DNA from: an uncultured Bacillota bacterium
Lineage (GTDB): Bacteria; Bacillota; DTU025; MWDF01
Assembly (NCBI GenBank): GCA_963823655.1
Contig: CAWGMK010000010.1
Coordinates: forward strand, 192,001-256,000
Length of the DNA stretch: 64,000 bases
Direction: 5' to 3'
The notes beneath the pieces were generated by a model. The model did no database searches, was not told where the DNA came from, and was given only the letters and a program-made list of their open reading frames with translations. Positions 1 to 11,018 of this stretch are shown one piece after another. The position numbers and the translations under genes were made by a program. The number at the start of each line of letters is the position of its first letter. Within the stretch, counting starts at the first letter, position 1.

Positions 1-1184
1 CAGCCCTTGCCCTCGATGGCGAACTCGTTGAAGAAGGGGCCTGAGAACTTGAGCTTGAAGCCCGTCTTCTCGGATATCGCCTTCGCGAGGTAATGGGCCT
101 TCCACATCGAAAGCTGGGCTACGGTCTTGAACCCTTCGGGGCCCATCAGGCTTAGGTGAATAGTGGCTGCCAATGCGCAAAGCGCCTCGTTCGAGCATAT
201 GTTGCTGGTCGCGTTCTCGCGCCTTATGTGCTGCTCCCTGGTCTGCAGGGTGAGCACGAATGCCCTCTGGCCGCGGTTGTCTAGCGTCTGCCCGACGAGC
301 CTTCCCGGCATCCTTCTGACGAGCTGCGTTGTCGCCGCCATGAAGCCGAGCAGCGGGCCGCCGAAGTTCATCCCGTTTCCCATGGACTGCCCTTCGCCCA
401 CAGCGATGTCCGCCCCGTAGTTTCTGGGCGCTTCAAGCACCGCAAGGGAGACGGGGTTTACTACTGCTACGAAGAAGCCGCCGTCAGAGTGGGCGGCATC
501 GGCAAGCTCATGCATATCCTCTATGACGCCGAAGTAGTTCGGGTTCTGCGCTATTACGCATGCCGCGCCCTTCGCCGCCTCTTTGAGTGCTGCGGCGTCG
601 GTCTGGCCGGTCTTCGCGTCGAACGGGACTTCTACGACTTCATATTCCCTGGGCTCTGCATATGTCTTCACTACATCGCGGTAGCGGGGGTTGGTCGCCC
701 TGGTGACGACTATCCTCTTCCTGCCGGTCTGTGTGGCGCACATAATCGAAGCTTCGGCGCTTGCGGTCCCTGCGTCGTACATGGACGCGTTGGCCTGGTC
801 CATGCCGGTAAGCTCGCATATCATCGACTGGTATTGGAATATGGCGGTGAGGGTGCCCTGGCTTACCTCCGGCTGGTAGGGGGTGTAAGCTGTGTAGAAC
901 TCTCCGCGGGTCAGCATGTGGTCAACGGCTGCGGGCACGAAATGGTCATATATGCCCCCTCCGGCGAAGCAGACGGTATCGGCCTTGTTCGATGACGACA
1001 TCCTCTCAAGCTCCGAAGCAAGTTCGGGCTCGGAGAGCGCTTCAGGCAGGTCCAGCCTCTTTTTCATTAACAAGTCTGCAGGAACGTCCGAGAACAGATC
1101 GTCCACGGATTTCGCCCCTATTGCATCCAACATCTCGCGGACCTCCCGGTCAGTGGCGGGGAGGTAATGGCGAGGAGCTCCCAT
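1..1184 (-). CDS. gcvPA: Glycine dehydrogenase (decarboxylating) subunit 1; runs off the window edge
   Basis: Not in the ORF track. Manual translation from ATG at 1184 (GGAGG upstream) gives MGAPRHYLPATDREV..., with in-frame YTAYTPYQPEVSQG and LQTREQHIRRENATSNICSNEAL; follows gcvT-gcvH. Confidence 0.95.
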   Translation of the reverse strand, partial: MGAPRHYLPATDREVREMLDAIGAKSVDDLFSDVPADLLMKKRLDLPEALSEPELASELERMSSSNKADTVCFAGGGIYDHFVPAAVDHMLTRGEFYTAYTPYQPEVSQGTLTAIFQYQSMICELTGMDQANASMYDAGTASAEASIMCATQTGRKRIVVTRATNPRYRDVVKTYAEPREYEVVEVPFDAKTGQTDAAALKEAAKGAACVIAQNPNYFGVIEDMHELADAAHSDGGFFVAVVNPVSLAVLEAPRNYGADIAVGEGQSMGNGMNFGGPLLGFMAATTQLVRRMPGRLVGQTLDNRGQRAFVLTLQTREQHIRRENATSNICSNEALCALAATIHLSLMGPEGFKTVAQLSMWKAHYLAKAISEKTGFKLKFSGPFFNEFAIEGKG

Positions 1185-1205
1185 ATCAGGCTACCTCCAA
1201 TCTGA

Positions 1206-1583
1206 TTAGTGCTGCGTTGCCAAAAACTTCTGATAGGCTGCCTCATCCATCAAAGAGGCCAGCTCCGATAGGTCGGAGGCTTCGATCTTCACTATCCATC
1301 CGCCCGCTTGCGGGCCCTCGTTGATGAGCCCTGCGTTCTCCTCTAGAGCCTTGTTAACCTCGACCACTTTGCCGCTAACAGGGGAGAATACCTCCGCAAC
1401 GGCCTTGACCGATTCCAGGTCGATCAGCTTGCTGCCCTTCTTAGCCGCGGTGCCAATCGCCGGAAGCTCTGCGAATATTACGTCGCCTAAGTGCTCCGCC
1501 GCGTATTCGCTAATGCCAACCGTTACGATCTTGCCATCGGCTTTGGCCCATTCATGGCTGTCTGCGTACTTGAACATCTGCAT
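1206..1583 (-). CDS. gcvH: Glycine cleavage system H protein
   Basis: SHEW, VGISEYA, lipoyl-lysine motif ESVKAV, SPVSG. Confidence 0.96.
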   Translation of the reverse strand: MQMFKYADSHEWAKADGKIVTVGISEYAAEHLGDVIFAELPAIGTAAKKGSKLIDLESVKAVAEVFSPVSGKVVEVNKALEENAGLINEGPQAGGWIVKIEASDLSELASLMDEAAYQKFLATQH

Positions 1584-1630
1584 TACCTCCGTATGTTAAT
1601 CATGCTTATCGATTTTCACGCTTTATGAAA

Positions 1631-2749
1631 TCAGGGCTTCCTGTATGCCTTCTTGTAGAAGGGGGTCTTCACGACGACGGCCTTCATGGCCTTGTCCCTG
1701 ATGCTTACCGCAATCTCGGTGCCGACCTTGGAATAGGGCATCGCCACCTGCGCCATGGCCAGATTTTTGCCCAGCGTTGGGCTCGGAAGGCCGCTTGTCA
1801 CCCAGCCGATCTCTTCGCCTTCTGGTGAGAGCACCTTATAGCCGTTTCTGGGTATGCCGCGGTCGATGAGCTCTATGCCCACCTGCCTGCGCTTCAAGCC
1901 TGCCAGCTTCTGGGCAACAAGCGCGTCCTTGCCTATGAAGCCGGGCTTGTCGAGCTTCACGAAGAAGCCGAGGGATGCCTCCAGCGGGGTGATGTCCCTT
2001 GAAAGCTCATGGCCGTATAGCGGCAGGCACGCCTCGAACCTGAGCGAATCCCTCGAGCCCAGGCCGCAGGGGGATATGCCGAAGTCCTCGCCTGCTTTCA
2101 TGACGCTCTCCCAGACTGTTATCGCGTCCTGGGGCTTAATGTATATCTCGAAGCCGTCCTCACCGGTATATCCGGTCCTTGAAATTATGCACTCCGCGCC
2201 GGCCACTTTAATGCCGGTCATGCAGTAGAAGAACTTCAAATCGTCCAGGTTGTAATCCGTAAGCCTCTGTACTAGCTCGTGCGCCTTCGGGCCCTGCACC
2301 GCGACCTCGGCCCAGTCCTTGGACTCATTTACTACCGAGCAGTTATAGCCCTTGGCCTGCTCCTTCATCCACTCGAAGTCCTTGTCGGAGTTCGATGCGT
2401 TGACTACGATGAAGAACTCCACGTCGGAGAGCTTGTAGGCCAGAAGGTCGTCGACTACGCCGCCTTCCGGGTAGCACATCTGCGCGTAGGTAACCTGCAT
2501 CCTCTCGGCCCCTACTAGGTCGTTGGTTACGAGGTTATCCACGAACTTCAGCGTATCCGGGCCCTTGACCCTGATTTCGCCCATGTGGGAGACGTCGAAC
2601 ATGCCGACTCGCTCCCTTACGGCCTTGTGCTCTTCAAGGTCGCCCTTGCCCTTGTACCTTACGGGCAGCTCCCAGCCGCCGAAGTCTACCATCATTCCGC
2701 CGTATTTGATGTGCATCTCGTAAAGCGGGGTCCTCTTCAGTTCAGACAA
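1631..2749 (-). CDS. gcvT: Glycine cleavage system aminomethyltransferase T
   Basis: FGGWELPV, FDVSHMG, SRTGYTGEDGFE, DSLRFEA; probable TTG start at 2749 after GGAGG. Confidence 0.96.
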   Translation of the reverse strand: MSELKRTPLYEMHIKYGGMMVDFGGWELPVRYKGKGDLEEHKAVRERVGMFDVSHMGEIRVKGPDTLKFVDNLVTNDLVGAERMQVTYAQMCYPEGGVVDDLLAYKLSDVEFFIVVNASNSDKDFEWMKEQAKGYNCSVVNESKDWAEVAVQGPKAHELVQRLTDYNLDDLKFFYCMTGIKVAGAECIISRTGYTGEDGFEIYIKPQDAITVWESVMKAGEDFGISPCGLGSRDSLRFEACLPLYGHELSRDITPLEASLGFFVKLDKPGFIGKDALVAQKLAGLKRRQVGIELIDRGIPRNGYKVLSPEGEEIGWVTSGLPSPTLGKNLAMAQVAMPYSKVGTEIAVSIRDKAMKAVVVKTPFYKKAYRKP

Positions 2750-2923
2750 TCGGGACACCTCCGTCGATAAAGTTGTGCGCAGCCCGTGCATGCGAATAAA
2801 ATGCGGTTACTGTCGCCTTCTATTATATAATAATCTGTGTGTAATAGGACATCGGAGCGGTCGCGGCGAATAGGTTAACGATATGCCCCGGCCCCTCGTT
2901 ATTATCTGCATGGAGGTTCGGCA

Positions 2924-4297
2924 ATGTTCGACGTTCTGATCATCGGAGGAGGCCCCGGAGGCTATACTTGCGCTATAAGATCCGCCCAGCTAGGGCTCAA
3001 GGTGGCGCTTGCGGAGAGGAAGCATCTTGGCGGCATCTGCCTCAACTGGGGATGCATCCCCACAAAGGCGCTGTCGCATACGGCGGAGGCCCTTGCAATG
3101 GCCAGGAAAGGCGCCGAATACGGCATAAATGCTGAGGGTATAAGCTTCGACATCGTCAAGGCCATGTCCAGGAAGGACAGGGTAACCGCCAAGCTTAAGG
3201 CGGGCGTCGCCTTCCTTATGAAGAAAAACGGGATTACGGTGCTGAATGGCACTGCAAGGATACTCTCCCCCGGCAAGGTCGAGGTGACCGACGCCGAGGG
3301 CAAGGGCGAATTGTACGAAACAAAGAACATAGTGATAGCGACTGGATCGTCGCCGGTGACGCCCGCGATGTTCGGATATGACAAGACATTGGTGCTGACT
3401 TCGGACGAGATGCTCGCGCTCAAAGAAGTGCCGGGCGAGCTGCTTGTGGTGGGAGCCGGAGTCATAGGATGCGAGTTCGCAAGCATCTATTCCACATTCG
3501 GCAGCAAGGTGAGCCTCGTCGACGTGATGCCCAGGATCCTTCCCATGGTGGACGAGGAGGCATCAAGCCTGGTATCCGCCTCTTTCAAGAAGAGGGGCAT
3601 GGAAGTTATAACGGGCATCGGCGTAAAGTCGGTGGAGAAGCTCGGAAACAGGGTGGCCGCGGTTTTAGATGACGGGCGCCGTATTGAAGCCGACAGGATG
3701 CTGCTTTCGATAGGCAGGAGGCCGTCCGCGGGGAATATCGGGGCTGCTGAGGCCGGTGTGGAGATCGGAAAAGCCGGCGAGATCACGGTGGACAGCGGCA
3801 TGAGGACCAATGTGCCGGGCATATGGGCGGTGGGTGACGTCAACAACCGCATGCAGCTTGCCCACGTGGCCTCGACCCAGGGCATGGTTTGCGCGGCGAA
3901 CATGGCGGGGGGCAACAGGGCCATGGATTACTTCGCCGTCCCCAACTGCATATTCACCCATCCGGAGGTCTCCCAGGTCGGAGTCAGCGAGGAAGGCGCC
4001 AAGGCCTCGGGGATAGAGTACAGGGTGGGAAGGTTCCCGTTCTCGGCTTTGGGCAAGGCCGCCGCCATGGGGGAGACCGAGGGCTTCGCGAAGCTCATAG
4101 CGGACGCCGAGGGCAGGGTTATCGGCGGCACCGTGGTGGGTTCCCACGCATCGGATATAATCGCAGAGGTGGCGCTGGCGGTTACTAACCATCTCAGCTT
4201 GAAGGAAGTAGGGCATACGGTGCACGCGCACCCGACGCTTGCGGAATTGGTTCTGGAGGCGGCTGAGGCCGCCTATGGGATCGCCATAAACATATAG
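2924..4297 (+). CDS. lpdA: Dihydrolipoamide dehydrogenase (L protein)
   Basis: GGGPGGY, redox disulfide CLNWGCIPTK, C-terminal HAHPTLAE; divergent from the gcv genes. Confidence 0.96.
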   Translation: MFDVLIIGGGPGGYTCAIRSAQLGLKVALAERKHLGGICLNWGCIPTKALSHTAEALAMARKGAEYGINAEGISFDIVKAMSRKDRVTAKLKAGVAFLMKKNGITVLNGTARILSPGKVEVTDAEGKGELYETKNIVIATGSSPVTPAMFGYDKTLVLTSDEMLALKEVPGELLVVGAGVIGCEFASIYSTFGSKVSLVDVMPRILPMVDEEASSLVSASFKKRGMEVITGIGVKSVEKLGNRVAAVLDDGRRIEADRMLLSIGRRPSAGNIGAAEAGVEIGKAGEITVDSGMRTNVPGIWAVGDVNNRMQLAHVASTQGMVCAANMAGGNRAMDYFAVPNCIFTHPEVSQVGVSEEGAKASGIEYRVGRFPFSALGKAAAMGETEGFAKLIADAEGRVIGGTVVGSHASDIIAEVALAVTNHLSLKEVGHTVHAHPTLAELVLEAAEAAYGIAINI

Positions 4298-4337
4298 TCA
4301 AGACATGCGGCATAAAGCCGCTCTCGGAGGTGGGATT

Positions 4338-4630
4338 GTGAAAGGCAAGGATTGGTTCGCTCTAATATTGATACTTCTGGGCCTTGTTCTTCTAGGAGAC
4401 AACCTGGGCCTGTTCAGGCTCGGCAGCATCCTCAGGCTCTGGCCTGTTGTGCTGATAATCCTGGGGCTGTGGGTGTTCGTGAAGAAGGACGAGAACCGCA
4501 AGAAGACACAGTAGAGGTAAGCTTCTCCACAGGCAAGGCCGCGGAGCCTTCTTCCAAGGTGGAACCCGAGGCGGAAATCGCGGAAGTCAAAGCTGCGGAT
4601 GACGATGACGATGAAGAGGACGAAATCTGA
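4338..4630 (+). CDS. Small LiaF/DUF5668-like membrane protein with acidic tail; one frameshift near 4500
   Basis: LWPVVLIILGL motif; joining ORF 4305..4514 to the tail of 4352..4630 gives a C-terminus ending DDDDDEEDEI. Confidence 0.6.
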
Positions 4631-4652
4631 TAAGCCCAATGGAGGTAGAGGT

Positions 4653-5135
4653 ATGAAAGGCAGGATATTCCTGGCACTTGCCCTGATAGCTATCGGTGTA
4701 GTGCTGCTTCTAAACAACCTTGGCATGGGGGTGCTCCCCAATAAGCTTGAGCTTTGGCCCGTAATCCTAATGGCTTTCGGTGCGGCTATAGGCGCAGATG
4801 CTGTCAGGAGGAATGAGAAGGACCCGCTATTCGGCGCGGTCATACTCTTCTTCGTAGGCCTGCTGTTCCTGCTAACCGAGAGCGGCTACCTGGCGGGCGG
4901 CATGACCAAGCTTTGGCCCGTAATAGTGATAATCGTGGGCCTTGCTTTCATGTCCAACTCCTTCATGTCGGGGACCGCAAGGGGGCTTCTGATCGGCCTC
5001 ATTTACGCTGCTGTGGGCTTCGTGCTGCTGGCAGACAAGTTCGGGCTGCTGGGCATAAGCTTTGACCTCGGGACATACTGGCCCGTCATACTTATCGTCC
5101 TCGGCCTCGCGACGTTCTTCCAGAAGGGGAGATAA
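4653..5135 (+). CDS. LiaF/DUF5668-like membrane protein with three repeats
   Basis: Three L/Y-WPVI motifs separated by hydrophobic helices; GGAGG upstream of ATG 4653. Confidence 0.7.
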   Translation: MKGRIFLALALIAIGVVLLLNNLGMGVLPNKLELWPVILMAFGAAIGADAVRRNEKDPLFGAVILFFVGLLFLLTESGYLAGGMTKLWPVIVIIVGLAFMSNSFMSGTARGLLIGLIYAAVGFVLLADKFGLLGISFDLGTYWPVILIVLGLATFFQKGR

Positions 5136-5137
5136 AG

Positions 5138-6689
5138 TTGAGAAAAGGGCTTTCGTGCCAGGGCAAGCCCCAGAACGCCTCCGAATGCGTGATGAGGGCT
5201 GCCAGGGACTTCTTCTCCTCTCTTTTCAAGGACAGGGAGGAGGGGGCAGTGGAGCCTGTGGTGGTCGGCTTCTCCGGGGGAGTGGACTCCACCGTATTGC
5301 TTCATGTGCTTTACGAACTGGGCTCAGAGCTTGGCATTCAGCCTGTCGCGGCCCATCTCAACCACAGGTTAAGAGGAGAAGATTCCAATATAGATGAGGA
5401 GCACTGCCGCGCATTCTGCGAGAAGCGCGGCATTCCCTTCAGGTCGCGGTCCGTGGATGTGGCAGAGCTTGCATCAAGAAGCGGGCTCAACCTTGAGGAC
5501 GCGGGTCGAAGAGGAAGGTACTCCCTCTACCATGAAGTGGCGGAGGAGTTCGGCGCAAGGTATGCGGCGCTGGCCCATCATGCGGATGACCAGGCCGAGA
5601 CCGTGCTTATGAGGATAATCAGGGGTACGGGCACGAGGGGCATGGGTGCCATGCCGAAGATCAGGAAATCCGGCAACATCAGCATAGTCAGGCCTCTCAT
5701 ATCCGTAAGGAAGGCCGATGTGGCCGCCTTCGCCGCCGAACAACAGCTTGAGTACAGGGAGGATGCAAGCAACCTCGATACGGGCTATCTTCGCAACAAG
5801 GTGAGGCACGAGCTGCTCCCTCTTCTGGAAAAGGGCTATTCCCCGGGCATAGTAGATGTGCTTTGCAGGACGGCGGAGCTTGCAAGGGATGAATCCTCAG
5901 CCCTGGATGAGCTGGGGCTTGCGGCTTTCAAGGACGCCTTGAAGGCATCAAATGAAGGTCAAAGGGCCGTATTGGACCTCGACAAGCTCAGGGGCCTGGC
6001 CCCTGCCGTGATGGCCCGGGCGCTAAGGACGGCTTATGCATTCGTTAAGGGAAGCGCCTCGGACCTGTACGCATCGAACCAGTCAGACCTGCTGAGCCTT
6101 GCAACCTCATCCGGAAGGGCGAAGGAGCTGGACCTGCCCGGCAACGTCAAGGCGAAGAAGAGCGGCAGGGAGCTTACGATGCAGATGCCCTCGGCAATGG
6201 GTGATGCAGCGGTTTTGAATGGCATCGGCGGTTACGGTCCCGGGCGTAGTTGATACGCCTCTAATGAGGATCAGGGCCGCTTCGGCCGACTTACCGGCGG
6301 AGCTGTCCGGGAAAAGAAGGTTTACGCATAACGAGCTTGCGCTGATAGCATGCAGGGCGCTGGGGCCCGGATATGCCAACGAGTGCGGCGCCGGATCGAT
6401 CTGGGCCGTGTTCGATCTGGAGCAGGCAGGGGAGCTCTCCATCAGGGCATGGGAACCGGGGGACACCATTATTCCGTTCGGTATGAAGGGAAAGAGAAAA
6501 CTGCAGGATGTCTTCACGGACGAGAAGGTGCCCAAAGACAAGAGGGGGCTTTGGCCTGTGCTCACGATCGGCGACGGGAGCATCGCCTGGATTCCGGGCA
6601 TAAGGCAGGGCTCTGTTGCCAAGCTGGGGGCTTACACTAAAACGGCCTTGGTGCTGGCTTCAGAGCAAAGGGACGAGGATAGTCCCTGA
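5138..6689 (+). CDS. tilS: tRNA(Ile)-lysidine synthase, split by a +1 frameshift near 6218
   Basis: SGGVDS PP-loop, HLNHRLR, AHHADDQAET, RPL, RNKVRH; C-terminal domain (RAWEPGD...KRKLQDVF) lies in ORF 6219..6689. Confidence 0.93.
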
Positions 6690-6700
6690 GGCTCTTGAAG

Positions 6701-6709
6701 TGATATAAT
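6701..6709 (+). promoter_or_regulatory. Extended -10 element (TGnTATAAT) upstream of ftsH
   Basis: tgatataat about 45 nt upstream of the TTG start. Confidence 0.5.
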
Positions 6710-6754
6710 ATTCTTTGTTTCACCCCGCTTCTTCGCTATAAGGAGGATTGTGAT

Positions 6755-8682
6755 TTGAATCGAGGCTTTCAGAGGGCGGCATTGTGGATTCTAATATTCC
6801 TGATTGCCGTAACAATAGGGCAGAATTTCCTGGGCTCGCAGAACAAGGCCGAGGAGATGACCGCCGACGGATTCCTTGCCCAGTGGAACGCGGGCAATGT
6901 CAAAGTGCTTGAAATACTGCCGGAGGGGATCATCCAGGGCAAGCTCGCCGACGGCAAAGAATTCGAGCTGTACTATACGAACTCGGCAGGGCTGATGGAC
7001 GACGTCAAGAACAATCCCGACAAGTTCGCCGGCCTTACCATATCCGAGAAGCCCAAGACCAACGACTGGCTCATGGTGCTTCTTCCCAACCTGTTCTTCA
7101 TAGTCGCGCTCGGGCTGTTCTTCATGTTCATGCTCAACCAGATGCAAGGCTCCAATAACAGGGCCATGCAGTTTGGCAAGAGCGAGCCCGCCTTCAGACT
7201 GACGGCAGGGGTAAGATCACCTTCGCCGACGTTGCGGGCATAGACGAGGTAATGGAAGAGCTGGCGGAGATCGTAGACTATCTTAAGTTTCCCAGGCGCT
7301 TTACGGAGATGGGCGCAAGGGTACCCAAGGGCATACTGCTCATGGGACCTCCCGGCACAGGCAAAACGCACGTCACAAGGGCGCTTGCCGGTGAAGCCGG
7401 CGTACCCTTCTTCTTCATATCCGGCTCCGACTTCGTGGAGATGTTCGTGGGCGTTGGCGCAAGCCGCGTTCGCGACATGTTCACCCAGGCGAAGAAGGCG
7501 GCGCCTTGCATCATCTTCATAGACGAGATCGACGCGGTAGGACGCCAGAGAGGCGCAGGCCTTGGCGGAGGGCACGACGAGAGGGAACAGACATTAAACC
7601 AGCTCCTGGTGGAGATGGATGGCTTTGAGAACAACTCGGGCGTAATAGTCGTGGCGGCCACAAACAGGCCGGACGTACTTGACCCGGCGCTACTGAGGCC
7701 GGGCAGGTTCGACAGGCAGATTACGCTTGATGTGCCCGATGCCAAGGGGCGAGAGGGCATACTGAAGATATATGCGAAGAACAAGCAGCTGACTGACGTG
7801 GACCTTAAGGAGCTCGCCAGGCGCACGCCGGGCTTCACCGGCGCCGACCTTGAGAACCTTTTAAACGAGGCTGCGCTGCTTGCCGTAAGGTACAGGAAGA
7901 AGAAGATATCGATGGAGCTCGCCGACGAGGCCATCGAAAGGATAGTCATGGGCCCCGCCAAGAAGGGCCGCCTGCTCACCGACAAGGAGAAGGATCTCGT
8001 AGCTTACCATGAGAGCGGACACGCGCTACTGGCCAAGCTGCTTCCCGGATCCGACCCCGTGGTCAAGGTGTCCATCATCGGAAGAGGCAGTTCAGGCGGG
8101 TTCACGCTGGTAATTCCCGAGGATGAGCGCAAGTTCAGGTACTCGTCCAAGGTGGATATCATCAACAACATCACAATGTCGCTCGGAGGCCGCGTGGCCG
8201 AGGAGCTGTGCCTTGAAGATGTGTCGACAGGCGCATCGAAGGATCTGGAGCGCGCAACGGGGCTTGCAAGGAAGATGGTCGCAGAATACGGCATGAGCAG
8301 CCTCGGCCTTATAACTTACGGCAGGCCCGAGACCCAGAACGTATTCCTAGGCCGCGACATATCGCGCGAGCGCAACTACTCCGAGGAAGTCGCAGCCCAG
8401 ATCGACAAGGAAGTAAAATCCATAATCGACGAGTGCTACTCCAAGGCAAGGCAGCTTCTGTCCGAGAACATCGCCATGCTGAAGAAAGTGGCGGAGATAC
8501 TCAAGGAGCGCGAAAACCTTGAGGGCAGCGAGCTCGACATGATACTCGAAGGCAAGGAGCTGCTCCCCAAGGAGGAGCTCACCTCCCATCAGCCGGACGA
8601 GCCAGCGGAAAAGAAGGGCGCAGAGCAGCAAGCTGAAGAGCCAAAAGCGAGCTTGAACAGGCCGGCTACGGAACAGCAGTAG
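6755..8682 (+). CDS. ftsH: ATP-dependent zinc metalloprotease FtsH; one-base deletion near 7184
   Basis: Two TM helices, Walker [23 protein letters not shown]; restoring one base gives FGKSRARL...ITFADVAG. Confidence 0.96.
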
Positions 8683-8701
8683 ATTTCAGGCCAACCTTAC
8701 A

Positions 8702-8733
8702 GGGGCCATGGAGGCGCAAGCTTCGATGGCCCC
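8702..8733 (+). terminator. GC-rich hairpin after ftsH
   Basis: ggggccatggaggc-gcaa-gcttcgatggcccc; weak U-tract. Confidence 0.5.
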
Positions 8734-8791
8734 GTTAAAAGACTCCTACCGATAAAGCAGACGCATCATGCGGATAATCAGGAGGGATACC

Positions 8792-9130
8792 GTGGACCTG
8801 ATCGATTCACACCCTATTCTGGAATTCAAGCATGGAAGGAAAGTGGCATTCACCTTTGACGGGGCTCCGATGGAGGGCTTCGAGGGAGAGCCGATAGCGG
8901 TGGCATTGCACGCAAACGGCGTGAAAGTGTACAGGTACAGCCCCGTGGCCCACAGGCCCCGGGGATTTTTCTGCGCAATAGGCAAGTGCAGCTCCTGTTT
9001 CATGGTGGTAGACGGGCTGCCCAATGTCAGGACTTGCGTAACTCCCCTGAAAGAGGGCATGGCGGTTGAGACCCAGCACGGCAGGGGAAGCTTGCCTGCA
9101 GCCGGGACTGGAGGCCATGGGAATGCGTGA
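8792..9130 (+). CDS. 2Fe-2S protein, sarcosine oxidase alpha N-terminal/HcnA-like
   Basis: RPRGFFCAIGKCSSC...PNVRTC; GTG start after GGAGG. Confidence 0.85.
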   Translation: MDLIDSHPILEFKHGRKVAFTFDGAPMEGFEGEPIAVALHANGVKVYRYSPVAHRPRGFFCAIGKCSSCFMVVDGLPNVRTCVTPLKEGMAVETQHGRGSLPAAGTGGHGNA

Positions 9131-10214
9131 AGTGGAGCTTCTGGTAATCGGCGGCGGTCCTGCGGGCCTAACTGCCGCGGCTGAAGCAGCGGCCATGGGC
9201 GCTTCGGTGCTTTTAGTAGACAGCGCTCCGATGCTGGGCGGGCAGCTTATAAAGCAGACGCACAAGTTCTTCGGAAGCCGCGACGAGTACGCGGGCACGA
9301 GGGGCTTCAAAATAGCGGACATACTGCTTGACGAGATAAAAGGGCTTTCAGGCAGGATAGAGGCCATGACCGACACTACGGTAGTGGGCTATTACAGGGA
9401 GGACGGTACGGTCTCCCTTACCAGGGGCGAGGAGGAGTACTTCCTTGTCCGGCCCAAAAAGATCGTGCTTGCCGCAGGCGCCCAGGAGAGGCTCATACCA
9501 TTCCCGGGCAACGACCTTCCCGGCGTATACGGGGCCGGCGCTGTGCAGACGCTAATGAATGTCTATGGTGTGGTGCCGGGCAAGAGGGTGCTCATGGTGG
9601 GGGCGGGCAACATCGGCATAATCGTGGCCTACCAGCTCCTGCAGGCGGGCGTTGAGGTGGCAGGAGTGCTCGAGGCCATGCCCAAAGTGGGCGGATACTG
9701 GGTGCATGCCGCAAAGATCAGGCGCCTCGGAGTCCCGATCCATCTGATGCACAGCATAAAAAGGGCGATCGGCACCAGCGTGGTGGAGGCGGCCGTTGTG
9801 ATGGAACTTGACGAGCGCTTCAGGCCCACAGGCAGGGAGTGCACCGTCGAGTGCGATACCATCTGCCTTGCGGTAGGCCTAACACCTACTGTCGAGCTTC
9901 TGTGGCAGGCAGGCTGCCAGATGAAATACATTCCTCAGCTTTGCGGCTATGTGCCTGTCAGGGACTGCAACTTGAGGACTACCAACAGGGACATCTGGGT
10001 GGCGGGGGATTCCTCAGGCATAGAGGAGGCAAGCTCTGCCATGGTGGAAGGAAGGCTCGCCGGCTACGGCGCGGCCTCTTCTCTCGGCTACAAGCCGGCA
10101 GATGGCAGATACGAGAGCTTCATAGCCAGGCTCGAGCATCTGAGGGCCGGGGAAGTGTGCGAGAAGATCAGATCGGGCATAGCGTGCGCCCTTTGCGAAG
10201 GAGGCGAGGAGTAA
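9123..10214 (+). CDS. FAD/NAD(P)-dependent oxidoreductase, sarcosine oxidase alpha/proline dehydrogenase alpha-like
   Basis: GGGPAG, LGGQLIKQTHKFFG, FPGNDLPGVYGAGA, VAGD. Confidence 0.85.
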   Translation: MREVELLVIGGGPAGLTAAAEAAAMGASVLLVDSAPMLGGQLIKQTHKFFGSRDEYAGTRGFKIADILLDEIKGLSGRIEAMTDTTVVGYYREDGTVSLTRGEEEYFLVRPKKIVLAAGAQERLIPFPGNDLPGVYGAGAVQTLMNVYGVVPGKRVLMVGAGNIGIIVAYQLLQAGVEVAGVLEAMPKVGGYWVHAAKIRRLGVPIHLMHSIKRAIGTSVVEAAVVMELDERFRPTGRECTVECDTICLAVGLTPTVELLWQAGCQMKYIPQLCGYVPVRDCNLRTTNRDIWVAGDSSGIEEASSAMVEGRLAGYGAASSLGYKPADGRYESFIARLEHLRAGEVCEKIRSGIACALCEGGEE

Positions 10215-10738
10215 TGCCGATTTCGAAAGAGGAGCTGCTGTTCGGCTCCGGCGTCCTCACCGGCGCAAGAGACGGCATCTGCGTCCCCGATGAGGCCGCA
10301 TGGCTTGGCAAGAGGGGCGGCTACGTCGTAATTGAGTGCCCGCAGAGGATACCGTGCAACCCATGCCATACCAGCTGCCCGACAGGCGCAGTCCTTCCCT
10401 TCGAGGACATTAACGATGTGCCCAAGGTGGACTATTCCAAGTGCACAGGATGCACAAGGTGCGTCGCCAGGTGCCCGGGGCTCGCCTGCTTCGTTGTGGA
10501 TCTAGCCTGGAAGCCGGGCTGGGCGCTGATGAAGCTGCCCTATGAGCTGCTTCCAAAGCCCGTCAAGGGCATGCAGGTCGACTGCCTGGACAGGGAGGGC
10601 AGGATTGTCTGCCAATCGGCTATCGAACAGGTGCTGGAGCCCTTCAAGGACAGCACATATGTGGTGGCGGTGGCGGTGCCTGCGGAATATAAGGATTGCG
10701 TGCGCGCTGTGAAGGTGGTGGGCCCCCATGGCAAATGA
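10214..10738 (+). CDS. 4Fe-4S dicluster protein
   Basis: ECPQRIPCNPCHTSCP and CTGCTRCVARCPG; start overlaps the previous stop. Confidence 0.85.
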   Translation: MPISKEELLFGSGVLTGARDGICVPDEAAWLGKRGGYVVIECPQRIPCNPCHTSCPTGAVLPFEDINDVPKVDYSKCTGCTRCVARCPGLACFVVDLAWKPGWALMKLPYELLPKPVKGMQVDCLDREGRIVCQSAIEQVLEPFKDSTYVVAVAVPAEYKDCVRAVKVVGPHGK

Positions 10739-11018
10739 AGATATCGTGTACATCTGCAGATGCGAGGAGGTCAGCCTGGACGAGGTCAGGGAGTGGATCG
10801 CAAGAGGGTATGACACGCCCGAGGAGCTCAAGCGCGTAACAAGGATAGGAATGGGACCCTGCCAGGGCAGGGGATGCACCGACATGCTGGTGAGGGAAAT
10901 CGCCAGGATGAGGGGCATCGATGTGAACGAAGTGAAGGCTCCCAGCTTCAGGCCCCCGGCGAAGCCTGTGAAGCTAGGGCTTCTTGCCGACTCCAGGAAG
11001 GGGGGCGGCGGAAGATGA
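10728..11018 (+). CDS. BFD-like 2Fe-2S protein
   Basis: ICRCEEV...RIGMGPCQGRGC, RPP. Confidence 0.85.
   Translation: MANEDIVYICRCEEVSLDEVREWIARGYDTPEELKRVTRIGMGPCQGRGCTDMLVREIARMRGIDVNEVKAPSFRPPAKPVKLGLLADSRKGGGGR

Noticed and set aside
2750-2923. Glycine riboswitch upstream of gcvT
   Set aside because: No GGAGA...CCGAAG...CUCUCAGG aptamer elements; the region is a short divergent promoter
4598-4625. GAT/GAC trinucleotide-like run
   Set aside because: Encodes the poly-Asp tail of a protein; not a contingency repeat
5138-8682. Pseudogene or programmed-frameshift status of tilS and ftsH
   Set aside because: Core genes with intact motifs and no slippery heptamer at the breaks; the same error type occurs window-wide
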